DNA of 64,000 bases from Thermoanaerobaculia bacterium (lineage in GTDB: Bacteria > Acidobacteriota > Thermoanaerobaculia > Multivoradales > JAHEKO01). The DNA is taken from the NCBI GenBank assembly GCA_041574955.1, contig JBFGNS010000005.1, positions 417 through 64,416 on the forward strand. The letters are read 5' to 3'. The position numbers and the translations under genes were made by a program. The notes beneath the pieces are model-generated. The model was not told where the DNA came from and searched no databases. It saw only the letters and a program-made list of their open reading frames with translations. The first letter of the stretch is position 1. Every line of letters starts with the position of its first letter. Below are positions 13,355-22,347 of the stretch, in pieces.

Positions 13355-14662
13355 TCAGCAGGTGGCGATCTCGGCCGCCGGTGGCGGTGTCCCCAGCCGC
13401 CGCCGGAGCAGGCCGCGGACCTCGCCCACCAGATAGAACGAGCCGCACACCACCAGCAGCTCGACGGCGCCGCCGGGTGCTCGGTCCAGCGCCAGGTCGA
13501 GCGCCCTGCCGAGCCGCGGCTCCACCGTCGCCCCCGGCGCCAGCTCGGCGAGGGCGACCGGATCGAGCGCGCGGTCGCTGCGCGGCCGGGTAAGCACCAC
13601 GCGGCGCGCGCCGGCGGCCAGCGGGGGCAGCATACGGTCGCCGCGTTTGTCTGCCAGGGTGCCGAACAGCAGGTCGTACGGGCGGCCGAGCCGCGCCAGG
13701 TGAGAGCCGAGGGCGGCCGCGGCGTCCGGGTTGTGGGCCACGTCGAGCAGCACCGCGCGGCCGTCCCCCAGCGAGACGCTCTCCAGCCGCCCGGGCCACC
13801 GGCAGGCGGCCGCGCCGCGCTCGATCGCCGCCCGGTCCAGCCGCCGCCAGCCTCGCACGGCCAGCGTCTCGGCCGCCAGCACCGCCAGCCGCAGGTTGTG
13901 CTGCTGGTGGACGCCGGGCAGGGCCGGCCGCAGCCGGTAGCGGGCGCTGGCCGTGCCCAACGTCAGACCGCCGTCGGCGTGCCGCCTGCGCCGCGCCGCC
14001 CGCGCTTCGACCACCGGGCGGGCGCCGATCTCGGCCGCCACCCGGCGCACCACCGCGGCCGCCGCGCGCCGCCGGCAGCCGACGACGACCGGCTTGCCGG
14101 CGCGCAGCACGCCGGCCTTCTCGGCGGCGATGCGCGCGATGGTCGAGCCCAGGTGGCGCTCGTGGTCGTGGCCGATGTCGGTGATCACCGCCAGCTCCGG
14201 CCGGGCGACGTTGGTGGCGTCGAGCCGGCCTCCCATCCCCACCTCGGCCACCGCCAGCTCGACCCCGGCGGCGGCGAACGACGACCAGGCCGCGGCGGTC
14301 ACCAGCTCGAAGTAGGTCGGCGGGCCATCGGGCGTCGACTCGGCGGCGGCCGCCGCCGCCAGCAGCTGCCGGCCCAGCTCGCCGCCGGCCACCGCCCGGC
14401 CGTCAATCCTGACGCGCTCCTCGAGCTGCTCGAGGTGCGGCGAGGTGTACAGGCCGGTGCGGTAGCCGGCGGCGGTCGCCATCGCCGCCAGCCAGGCCGC
14501 CGTCGAGCCCTTGCCGTTGGTGCCCGCCACCAGCACCACGCCGAAGCGGTCCTGCGGGTCGCCGAGCGCCGCCATCAGCCGGCGCGACGGCCCCAGCCCG
14601 AGGCGCATGGCGGAAGGGCCCAGCCTCTCGAGCAGCCGGGCGGCCGCGGCGGGCAGGCTCAT
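13355..14662 (-). CDS. folC: Bifunctional folylpolyglutamate synthase/dihydrofolate synthase
   Basis: 435 aa. Mur-ligase P-loop VAGTNGKGST. Sits downstream of accD, the classical accD-folC arrangement. Confidence 0.85.
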   Translation of the reverse strand: MSLPAAAARLLERLGPSAMRLGLGPSRRLMAALGDPQDRFGVVLVAGTNGKGSTAAWLAAMATAAGYRTGLYTSPHLEQLEERVRIDGRAVAGGELGRQLLAAAAAAESTPDGPPTYFELVTAAAWSSFAAAGVELAVAEVGMGGRLDATNVARPELAVITDIGHDHERHLGSTIARIAAEKAGVLRAGKPVVVGCRRRAAAAVVRRVAAEIGARPVVEARAARRRRHADGGLTLGTASARYRLRPALPGVHQQHNLRLAVLAAETLAVRGWRRLDRAAIERGAAACRWPGRLESVSLGDGRAVLLDVAHNPDAAAALGSHLARLGRPYDLLFGTLADKRGDRMLPPLAAGARRVVLTRPRSDRALDPVALAELAPGATVEPRLGRALDLALDRAPGGAVELLVVCGSFYLVGEVRGLLRRRLGTPPPAAEIATC

Positions 14663-14714
14663 CGCGGCCGAGCGGCGCGGCGCCGCACCGCGCCCCGGAC
14701 CGCCGCCACCGCCC

Positions 14715-15557
<843 letters not shown>

Positions 15558-15596
15558 GGCGTCGAGGCGGGCCGCGGAGGCGGCCGGAAGCGGCTC

Positions 15597-15602
15597 ATCA
15601 TA
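15597..15602 (-). promoter_or_regulatory. -10-like hexamer TATGAT upstream of accD
   Basis: The minus strand reads TATGAT, 40 nt upstream of ATG 15557. Weak -35. Confidence 0.3.
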
Positions 15603-15647
15603 CCGCCGACCGGCGCCACCAGGTGCCGGCGCGGCCGCGCGGTCGGC

Positions 15648-15653
15648 TAGAAT
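15648..15653 (+). promoter_or_regulatory. -10-like hexamer TAGAAT upstream of yebC
   Basis: TAGAAT lies 42 nt upstream of ATG 15695, in the accD/yebC divergent region. Weak -35. Confidence 0.3.
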
Positions 15654-15694
15654 GAGCGCGCCCGCCAGCCACCGACGGCAGGCGGGAAGCTGCC

Positions 15695-16444
15695 ATGGCC
15701 GGTCACAGCAAATGGGCCCAGATCAAGCGCAAGAAGGCGGTCACCGACGCCCGCCGGGGGCAGCTGTGGAGCAAGCTGCTCAAGGAGGTGACGGTGGCGG
15801 CGCGGATGGGCGGCGAGGACCCGACCGGCAACTCCCGGTTGCGGACGGCGATCCAGGACGCCAAGGCGGCCAACGTACCCAACGACAACATCGACCGGGC
15901 GATCAAGCGCGGCGCCGGCCTGCTCGAGGGCGTCACCTACGAGGAGGTGAGCTACGAGGGCTACGGGCCGGGCGGCGCCGCCGTGCTGGTCGAGGCGCTG
16001 ACCGACAACAAGAACCGCACCGTCTCCGACGTGCGTCACTACTTCTCCAAGTACGGCGGCAACCTGGGAGAGAACGGCTGCGTCGCGTGGATGTTCGACC
16101 AGCGCGGCTACTTCGCCATCGACCGCGGCGCGATGGCGGAGGAGGCGTTCATGGAGCTGGCCCTCGAGCTCGGCGCCGACGACATCGCCATCGACGACGA
16201 GACCTACGAGATCTTCAGCCGCCCGGAGGCGTACGCCGAGATGCGCGAGGAGCTCGAGCGACGGCAGGTGCCGCTCGACGCCCAGGAGCTGGCGCGCGTA
16301 CCACAGAGCACGGTGTCGCTGGCTGGCGAGTCGGCGCGCAAGATGCTCCAGCTGATCGAGGCGATCGAGGAGCATGACGACGTGCAGCACGTCTGGTCGA
16401 ACTTCGAGGTCGACGCCGAGGTCCTGGCCGGCCAGTCGGGCTGA
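15695..16444 (+). CDS. yebC: YebC/PmpR family DNA-binding transcriptional regulator
   Basis: 249 aa. MAGHSKWAQIKRKKAVTDARRG N-terminus is diagnostic. Followed by ruvC. Confidence 0.95.
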   Translation: MAGHSKWAQIKRKKAVTDARRGQLWSKLLKEVTVAARMGGEDPTGNSRLRTAIQDAKAANVPNDNIDRAIKRGAGLLEGVTYEEVSYEGYGPGGAAVLVEALTDNKNRTVSDVRHYFSKYGGNLGENGCVAWMFDQRGYFAIDRGAMAEEAFMELALELGADDIAIDDETYEIFSRPEAYAEMREELERRQVPLDAQELARVPQSTVSLAGESARKMLQLIEAIEEHDDVQHVWSNFEVDAEVLAGQSG

Positions 16445-16462
16445 TCTGCCGGCAGGGCAGCG

Positions 16463-16960
16463 GTGCGCATCCTCGGTCTCGATCCCGGTAGCCGTCACAC
16501 CGGCTACGGGCTGGTGGACCAGCGGCGCGACCGTCTCGAGCTGTGCTGCCAGGGCCGGCTGTCGGCGCCTGCCGGCCGGCCGGTGGCCGAGCGGCTGGGG
16601 CGCCTGAGCCAGCGGCTGGACGCCCTGGTGGAGGAATGGCGGCCCGACGTGGCCGTGCTCGAAACCCCGTATCTCGGCCTCAACCCGCGCTCGCTGGTGG
16701 TGCTGGCCGAAGCGCGCGGCGCGCTGCTCGGGGCGCTGGCGGTGCGCGGCCTCACGGTCCACCAGTACAGCCCGGCCGAGGTCAAGAGCGCGGTCGCCGG
16801 CAACGGCCGCGCCGACAAGCGCCAGGTGGCGCGCATGGTGGCCCTGCATCTGAAGTCGCTGCCGGCCGACGCCAGCACCGACGCCACCGACGCCCTGGCG
16901 GTGGCCATCTGCTACGCCCACCGCCGCCGCCTCGACCACCTCGCCGGGCGGTCGGCCTGA
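16463..16960 (+). CDS. ruvC: Crossover junction endodeoxyribonuclease RuvC
   Basis: 165 aa, GTG start. MRILGLDPGSRHTGYGLVD with the catalytic Asp. DATDALAVAICYAH near the C-terminus. Confidence 0.95.
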   Translation: MRILGLDPGSRHTGYGLVDQRRDRLELCCQGRLSAPAGRPVAERLGRLSQRLDALVEEWRPDVAVLETPYLGLNPRSLVVLAEARGALLGALAVRGLTVHQYSPAEVKSAVAGNGRADKRQVARMVALHLKSLPADASTDATDALAVAICYAHRRRLDHLAGRSA

Positions 16961-17012
16961 GGCGGCGCCGGCGCGCCGCGGCGCCCTCGCCTTGTGCGGC
17001 CTGAAGCCGCTG

Positions 17013-17021
17013 TGCTAGCAT
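17013..17021 (+). promoter_or_regulatory. Extended -10-like element (TGcTAGCAT), distal copy, upstream of exbB
   Basis: TGCTAGCATC occurs twice exactly 50 bp apart in the 250-bp ruvC/exbB intergenic region. It fits the TGn + TAnnnT extended -10 pattern. Confidence 0.35.
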
Positions 17022-17062
17022 CCCGCGCTTGCTTCTTAAGGGCCGCAGGGCTCTGGCTTCTT

Positions 17063-17071
17063 TGCTAGCAT
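17063..17071 (+). promoter_or_regulatory. Extended -10-like element (TGcTAGCAT), proximal copy, upstream of exbB
   Basis: Second copy of TGCTAGCATC, 138 nt upstream of the exbB GTG. Confidence 0.35.
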
Positions 17072-17097
17072 CGGGGTCGGAACGGTTCAACCGGCCC

Positions 17098-17111
17098 TTC
17101 CGACGTCGGAA
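17098..17111. promoter_or_regulatory. Perfect 14-bp palindrome TTCCGACGTCGGAA in the exbB leader (operator candidate)
   Basis: The sequence is self-complementary. An extra half-site GTCGGAA lies at 17076-17082. It sits downstream of both TGCTAGCAT elements and upstream of the exbB RBS. Confidence 0.35.
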
Positions 17112-17208
17112 ACCCCGGAACCGGCGGCCTTCCCGCCGCCGATCGGAGAGAAAGAGTCGGGAACTCGTAGCTTGGGAATGGGTCTAACCTGATCAGAGGA
17201 GGACGATC

Positions 17209-17880
17209 GTGAATTTCGGCGGAACCATCATGGAGATTTTCAGGGAGGGAGGCCCCGTCATGTGGCCCCTCCTGGTGTTCTCGATCCTGGGTGTGGTCTT
17301 CATCATCGAGCGTCTGCTGGCGCTGCGCAAGGCCAAGATCAACGTCAACGAGTTTCTCGCCAAGATCCGCAAGTCGCTGATCGTCAACCGGTCGGTCAAG
17401 GACGCCATCAAGGTGTGCGAGGACTACCGCGGCCCGGTGCCGTCGATCCTCAAGGCCGGGCTGCTCAAGTACGGCCAGCCGAAGGAAGACGTCGAGAAGA
17501 CGATCGAGAACGCCGCGCTGTTCGAGATGGGGCGGCTCGAGCGCAACCTGGTGTGGCTGGCGACGATCGCCAACGTCTCGCCGCTGCTCGGCTTCTTCGG
17601 CACCGTCGCCGGCATGATCAAGTCGTTCGACGCGCTCGCCGAGGCCGGCCTGTCGAACCCCGGTCTGGTGGCCGCCGGAATCTCCGAGGCGCTGATCACC
17701 ACCGCCGCCGGTCTCGCGGTCGCCATCCCGGCGCAGCTCGCCTACAACTTCTTCATGAGCCGGATCAACAAGTTCGTGCGCGACATCGAGACCTCGACCA
17801 ACATGTTGCTCGAGACCTTCGGCGAGATGCAGCGCAGCGGCATCGCGGCCGACAGCGGCGGCACGACGGCATCGAGCTAG
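17209..17880 (+). CDS. exbB: MotA/TolQ/ExbB proton-channel protein
   Basis: 223 aa. GTG start 6 nt after AGGAGG. GPVMWPLLVFSILGVVFIIERLL and TAAGLAVAIPAQLAYNFF TM motifs. Confidence 0.9.
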   Translation: MNFGGTIMEIFREGGPVMWPLLVFSILGVVFIIERLLALRKAKINVNEFLAKIRKSLIVNRSVKDAIKVCEDYRGPVPSILKAGLLKYGQPKEDVEKTIENAALFEMGRLERNLVWLATIANVSPLLGFFGTVAGMIKSFDALAEAGLSNPGLVAAGISEALITTAAGLAVAIPAQLAYNFFMSRINKFVRDIETSTNMLLETFGEMQRSGIAADSGGTTASS

Positions 17881-17892
17881 AACGGAGGAGCC

Positions 17893-18336
17893 ATGCGACT
17901 CCAGGTGCGCTCCGTACAGAACCAGGGCATTCCCACTGCCTCGATGGCGGACATCGCCTTCCTGCTGATCATCTTCTTCATGGTGACGATCAACTTCGAG
18001 GTGGACAAGACGCAGGTGCTGCTGCCGCGCACCGACTTGCGGCTCGAGATCCCCAAGAAGTCGGCGTACATCTCGGTCACCGAGGCCGGCCAGATCCGCG
18101 TCTCGAGCGGCGAAGAGATCAGCGTACCGGTGCCGGGACCCGAGGACGTGCTGTCGTTCGCCACCGGCGTGGTGGCCGCGGACCCGAGCAAGGCGTTCGT
18201 CCTCAAGGCGGACCGCAACGTGCCCTACAGCTACGTCGACAAGGTCATCGACGCCCTCAAGCAGTCCAAGGCCGAGGTGATCTACCTGCTGTCCGAGCAG
18301 GAGACCGTCGACACCACCGGCGGCACGGGAGGATAG
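17893..18336 (+). CDS. exbD: ExbD/TolR biopolymer transport protein (copy 1)
   Basis: 147 aa. [20 protein letters not shown] motif. GGAGG RBS. Confidence 0.9.
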   Translation: MRLQVRSVQNQGIPTASMADIAFLLIIFFMVTINFEVDKTQVLLPRTDLRLEIPKKSAYISVTEAGQIRVSSGEEISVPVPGPEDVLSFATGVVAADPSKAFVLKADRNVPYSYVDKVIDALKQSKAEVIYLLSEQETVDTTGGTGG

Positions 18337-18340
18337 AGCC

Positions 18341-18775
18341 GTGAAGTTCAAACGCGACCAGGTCAGCGACGAGATCCCCACCGCCTCGATGGCGGACATC
18401 GCCTTCCTGCTGATCATCTACTTCATGGTCACCACCACCTTCGCGGCCACCCGCGGCCTCGACTTCTCGCTGCCGCAGGAGGAGGACACGCCGCTGGTCG
18501 AGAAGGAGGACTCGGTGCTGATCGAGATCCAGCCGGGCGGCAACCTGCTGGTCGACGGTAACCCCAAGCAGCTCGACGAGGTGCTCGACTACCTCAAGCC
18601 CAAGCTGGAGGTGAACCGGATGAAGCCGGTCATCATCCGCCCTGACCCGATGGCCGAGTACGGCTACATGGTCGCAGTGTTCGACGAGCTGCGGCAGGCG
18701 GAAGACAAGATCGGCTTCGAGGTCAAGAACGTCTCGATCCCGACCCAGCGCGAGATCGAGATGTTCTGGTACTAA
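18341..18775 (+). CDS. exbD: ExbD/TolR biopolymer transport protein (copy 2)
   Basis: 144 aa. [24 protein letters not shown] start after GGAGGA. Confidence 0.9.
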   Translation: MKFKRDQVSDEIPTASMADIAFLLIIYFMVTTTFAATRGLDFSLPQEEDTPLVEKEDSVLIEIQPGGNLLVDGNPKQLDEVLDYLKPKLEVNRMKPVIIRPDPMAEYGYMVAVFDELRQAEDKIGFEVKNVSIPTQREIEMFWY

Positions 18776-18795
18776 AGTCCCGGGAGGCAGAACCG

Positions 18796-19503
18796 ATGGC
18801 CAAGCAGAAGCAGCCCGCACCACCCGCCGAGACCGACCTCACCGGTGGCGAGTTCGCCACCTTCGCGATGGAGGACGAGGAGGACAAGAAGCACATCCGC
18901 ATGGCGTTGATCGGGGCGGTGATCTTCCACGCCATCCTGTTCGTCATCCACTTTCCGCAGTTCATCGCGGAGGCGGGCGAGGACAAGAAACAGAAGGTCT
19001 ACGTCGTGCAGCAGGTGCGCTTCAAGCCGCCGCCGCCCAAGCAGCAGCAGGAGATCCCCAAGCCGCGCTCGAAGAAGGTGCCGATCCCGGACCCGACGCC
19101 CGACGAGCCCGAGCCGATCCGGCTGGACGAGGAGATCGAGCCGGAGTTCGACCTGCCCGACACCGACCTGATCTTCGGCGTGCCCGATGCACCGCCGCCC
19201 GCCGAGCCGACGGGACCGATCCGCGTCGGCGGCGACGTCAAGCCGCCCAAGAAGCTCCAGGCGCCCAACCCGCAGTACACCGAGATCGCCCGCAAGGCGC
19301 GCATCCAGGGGGTGGTGATCGTCGAGGCGATCATCGACAAGGAAGGCAACGTCACCAACGTCAAGGTCCTCAAGGGGCTGCCGATGGGGCTCGATCAGGC
19401 GGCCGCGGACGCCGTACGGCGGTGGAAGTTCGAGCCGGCGACGCTCAACGGCAAGCCGGTTGCGGTGATCTACAACCTGACCGTGAACTTCCGCCTGCAG
19501 TAG
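18796..19503 (+). CDS. tonB: Energy transducer TonB
   Basis: 235 aa. TM segment, Pro/Lys/Glu-rich spacer ([31 protein letters not shown]), C-terminal TonB domain ([34 protein letters not shown]...RRWKFEPA). Confidence 0.85.
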   Translation: MAKQKQPAPPAETDLTGGEFATFAMEDEEDKKHIRMALIGAVIFHAILFVIHFPQFIAEAGEDKKQKVYVVQQVRFKPPPPKQQQEIPKPRSKKVPIPDPTPDEPEPIRLDEEIEPEFDLPDTDLIFGVPDAPPPAEPTGPIRVGGDVKPPKKLQAPNPQYTEIARKARIQGVVIVEAIIDKEGNVTNVKVLKGLPMGLDQAAADAVRRWKFEPATLNGKPVAVIYNLTVNFRLQ

Positions 19504-19611
19504 CCGTGCCCGCGTGGTTCAGCGAGCGGCGAGGCTACGGCTCCGTCCCACGGCAAGGACGGTGCGGTCGGTTGCCCTCATGCCCCCGCCGGCGGCAACC
19601 CGGCGGTGGCC

Positions 19612-19627
19612 TGGCACTGGCCTTGCA
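19612..19627 (+). promoter_or_regulatory. Sigma54 (RpoN) -24/-12 promoter candidate for the TPR gene
   Basis: TGGCAC-tggcc-TTGCA is an exact match to the core consensus TGGCAC-N5-TTGC(A/T). It lies in the 192-bp tonB/TPR intergenic region, 69 nt upstream of ATG 19696. Confidence 0.6.
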
Positions 19628-19695
19628 CTCCACGGGGGTGGAGAGCTCGAAGCCATCAGTACCGGTCTGTCGCGGACCAAAGGAGAGTTGAGACG

Positions 19696-20856
19696 ATGAA
19701 CAAGAAACTGGCAACCAGCGCCCTGGTGCTCGCGGTGCTGACTTTCGCCGCCGCGGCCGAAGCGGGTTGGGAGGAGGGTGTCGCCGCCTTCCGGGCCGGC
19801 GACCTGGGCCGCGCGGCGCAGGAGTTCCAGCGGTACGTCGATGAGCGCCCCGACGTCTACCAGGGCCACTACATGCTCGGGCAGGTCCTACTCAAGCAGA
19901 ACAAGAACCAGGAGGCCCTGGCGCACCTGCGCAAGGCCTACGACCTCGAGCCGGGCAACCTGGGAGTGCAGATGGTGCTCGGCAAGGCCTATCTCGACAA
20001 CGGCCGCTATGCCGATGCCGCCAGCGTGCTCGGCAAGATCGACGCCGGCGGCCTGCCGTCGGCTCAGCGGGTGCCGCTCTTCCAGATGCGCGCCAAGGCG
20101 TACGAGAAGACCGGCGACGATCGCCGCGCGCGCGGCGAGCTCAAGCTGGCCGCCGACGCCGCTCCCAACAACGCCGACCTGTGGTTCGCCTACGGCGCGG
20201 CGGCGTTCAACGCCGGCGACATGCAGGGCGCGCTGAGCGCCCTCAAGAAGGCGGCCGACCTGGATGCGCGCGACGCTGACAAGCAGCGCACCTACGCGCA
20301 GGCGCTGCTGCGCCAGGGCCGTACCAGCCAGGGCCAGGCCAAGCAGAACGCCTACGCCACCGCCGCCTCCGCGCTCGGCAAGATCGGCAGCCCGACCTAC
20401 GACGACCTGATCGCCATGGCCGGCGCCCAGCTCGGCGCCAAGCAGTACGACGGCGCCGTCGCCACGGCCCAGCGGGCGGCCAGCCAGAAGGCCACCGACT
20501 GGCTGCCGGCCTTCTACCTGGGGCAGGCCTACACCCAGAAGGGCGAGTTCCGCACCGCCGAAGCCAAGCTCAAGGAAGCCCTGACCAAGGCCTCGAAGCC
20601 CGGAGACAAGACGACCATCTGGACCCAGCTCGGCTTCGTCTACGAGAAGCAGAAGGCCTACGACAACGCCATCGCCGCCTACAGCCAGGCCGGCAACGCG
20701 GCCGGTGTCAAACGCGCCGAGGAGAACAAGCAGACCGCGCAGTACAACCAGGCGGTCGAGCAGGAGGCCGCCGAGATCGCGCGCCTCAAGCAGGAGCAGG
20801 ACAAGCTCAAGGAGGAGCTCAAAGCGCTGCCCGGTGCCAAGCCGCCGCTGCGCTGA
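19696..20856 (+). CDS. TPR repeat protein with signal peptide and C-terminal coiled coil
   Basis: 386 aa from ATG 19696 (MNKKLATSALVLAVLTFAAAAEA) with an AGGAGAG RBS. The track ORF starts 90 nt too early. Several TPR units. Ends QEAAEIARLKQEQDKLKEELK. Confidence 0.75.
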   Translation: MNKKLATSALVLAVLTFAAAAEAGWEEGVAAFRAGDLGRAAQEFQRYVDERPDVYQGHYMLGQVLLKQNKNQEALAHLRKAYDLEPGNLGVQMVLGKAYLDNGRYADAASVLGKIDAGGLPSAQRVPLFQMRAKAYEKTGDDRRARGELKLAADAAPNNADLWFAYGAAAFNAGDMQGALSALKKAADLDARDADKQRTYAQALLRQGRTSQGQAKQNAYATAASALGKIGSPTYDDLIAMAGAQLGAKQYDGAVATAQRAASQKATDWLPAFYLGQAYTQKGEFRTAEAKLKEALTKASKPGDKTTIWTQLGFVYEKQKAYDNAIAAYSQAGNAAGVKRAEENKQTAQYNQAVEQEAAEIARLKQEQDKLKEELKALPGAKPPLR

Positions 20857-20878
20857 CCCAGCCCAGGCGAGTTTCCGA

Positions 20879-20911
20879 GCCCGGCGGCCGGCAGCGGTCG
20901 CCGGGCTTTTT
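20879..20911 (+). terminator. Rho-independent terminator after the TPR gene
   Basis: GCCCGGCG-loop-CGCCGGGC followed by TTTTT, 23 nt after stop 20856. Confidence 0.75.
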
Positions 20912-20985
20912 CGTGCCCGTCGGCGCCGCGGCCAGCAGCGGCCGCGCCACGGCCGGCCGCTGACCGACAGGTGACCAGGTCGAGC

Positions 20986-20991
20986 TAGAAT
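20986..20991 (+). promoter_or_regulatory. -10-like hexamer TAGAAT 8 nt upstream of GTG 21000 (possible leaderless or near-leaderless mRNA)
   Basis: TAGAAT-cagcgctc-GTG. No Shine-Dalgarno sequence is possible in the gap. Confidence 0.3.
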
Positions 20992-20999
20992 CAGCGCTC

Positions 21000-22145
21000 G
21001 TGCCGAAGCTCCGGACCATCTTGCTGCTGGCCCTGCTGCTGCCGCCGGCTGCTGCCGGCGAGGACAGCGGCTCGGGCGACGAAAGCCGCCTGCTGCCCCA
21101 GCTCGACGTCTACTTCCCCGAGGGCGAGCTGGACTTCCGGCTCAACGGCCTGATCAAGGGGGCCTTCTACGAGGGCCAGATTCGTTACGACTTCGTCGAC
21201 GGCGACATCCTGGCCTTCTTGCGCTACCGCTACTACGGCCACAACCGGGTGCTGCAGCTCGGCCTGTTCGACTCGGTCGAGTTCGAGGACCTGGAGGAGG
21301 GCTCGGGCGAGTTCGAGCGGGTGCGCGGCGGGCTGGTGCTGCTGCAGTGGCCCCACACCCTGCACCGGCGCACGTTCTTCCTCGCCGAGATCGACGACAT
21401 CTCCTCGAACAAGGACAGGCTGCGCTTCAGCTCCGGGCGCACCAACACCTTCGTCAGGCTGGGGTTCCAGCTCGGCACCCCCGAGGACGACCGCTCGAAC
21501 GCTCTGGTGGGCGCCACCCGCGCCAGCCGTCGGCGGCTGTTCACCGCCCACCGCCGGATCGGTCCGCGCGGAGCGGGCTTCACCGGCGCCGTGTCGTGGG
21601 GCTTCGAGGTGCTGGGCAGCGACTTCGACTACGTCAAGGCCGAGATCGAAAGCCTCAAACGGTTCGACCTCACCGGCGGCCGGTTCCTGATCGCTCGCCT
21701 GCACGGCGGCAGCTTCCTCGACCACGTCGAGCTGCGCGACGACCCGACGCTCGAGCTCGGCGACCGGCTGTCGGTGCCGCGCGACGAGCTGTTCCGGCTG
21801 GACGGTCGAGACAACCTCAAGGGGCTGCCCGACGAGCGGCGCGGCACCCACGAGCTACACACCACCGGCGAGCTGTTCCTGCCCTGGTTCGAAGACGAGG
21901 AGCGCCGCGGGCTGGGGGTCGACTGGCACACCTGGTACTGGATCCTGTACGGCGGATACGGGGCGATCGGCTACGAGCGCGACGATCTGGCCCATGCCGG
22001 CAACTATGTCTCCGACCTCGGAATCGGCTTCGAGGCCTCGTTCCGGCTGCGGGACCACACCTTCTTCCTGAGCGCGATCGTCGCCCAGGCGCTCGAGCAG
22101 GAGGGCGGCCCCGAGGCCCGCCTCGCGATCAAGTCCTATCGCTGA
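21000..22145 (+). CDS. Hypothetical outer-membrane protein, possibly an Omp85-like beta-barrel without POTRA
   Basis: 381 aa, GTG start. Signal peptide LLLALLLPPAAAG. Alternating aromatic/Gly beta-strand-like pattern. High GC3. Family assignment tentative. Confidence 0.5.
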   Translation: MPKLRTILLLALLLPPAAAGEDSGSGDESRLLPQLDVYFPEGELDFRLNGLIKGAFYEGQIRYDFVDGDILAFLRYRYYGHNRVLQLGLFDSVEFEDLEEGSGEFERVRGGLVLLQWPHTLHRRTFFLAEIDDISSNKDRLRFSSGRTNTFVRLGFQLGTPEDDRSNALVGATRASRRRLFTAHRRIGPRGAGFTGAVSWGFEVLGSDFDYVKAEIESLKRFDLTGGRFLIARLHGGSFLDHVELRDDPTLELGDRLSVPRDELFRLDGRDNLKGLPDERRGTHELHTTGELFLPWFEDEERRGLGVDWHTWYWILYGGYGAIGYERDDLAHAGNYVSDLGIGFEASFRLRDHTFFLSAIVAQALEQEGGPEARLAIKSYR

Positions 22146-22240
22146 GCCGCCACCCCCACCCCGGCAGCGCGGACCGCTCCGGGCGCCCGGACGGCGGCGC
22201 CCCCACCGCCCGCAGAGCGCCCGATCCGGCCCGAAAGCAG

Positions 22241-22269
22241 TTGCGCAAGAAAAGGCTTGCCGTTACAAT
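22241..22269 (+). promoter_or_regulatory. Sigma70-type promoter candidate for the OmpA-family gene
   Basis: TTGCGC-N17-TACAAT in an AT-enriched part of the 203-bp intergenic region, about 80 nt upstream of ATG 22348. Confidence 0.5.
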
Positions 22270-22347
22270 TCCTCCTCCGCAGCGAGGCCGCGAGACCAGC
22301 GGACCCGACTGAGGATCTACCGTTTTCTGGGAAGGAGTGTAGCGAGG

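Noticed and set aside
17052-17066. Sigma54-like TGGCTT...TTGCT upstream of exbB
   Set aside because: The GG and GC doublets are only 9 nt apart rather than the required 12, so the spacing is incompatible with RpoN promoters.
16961-17208. Known ncRNA (SRP RNA, cobalamin or c-di-GMP riboswitch, tRNA) in the 250-bp ruvC/exbB gap
   Set aside because: I could not recognise any conserved core: no B12 box, no GEMM features, no tRNA T-loop GGTTCGAATCC. It is reported only as an unclassified structured leader.
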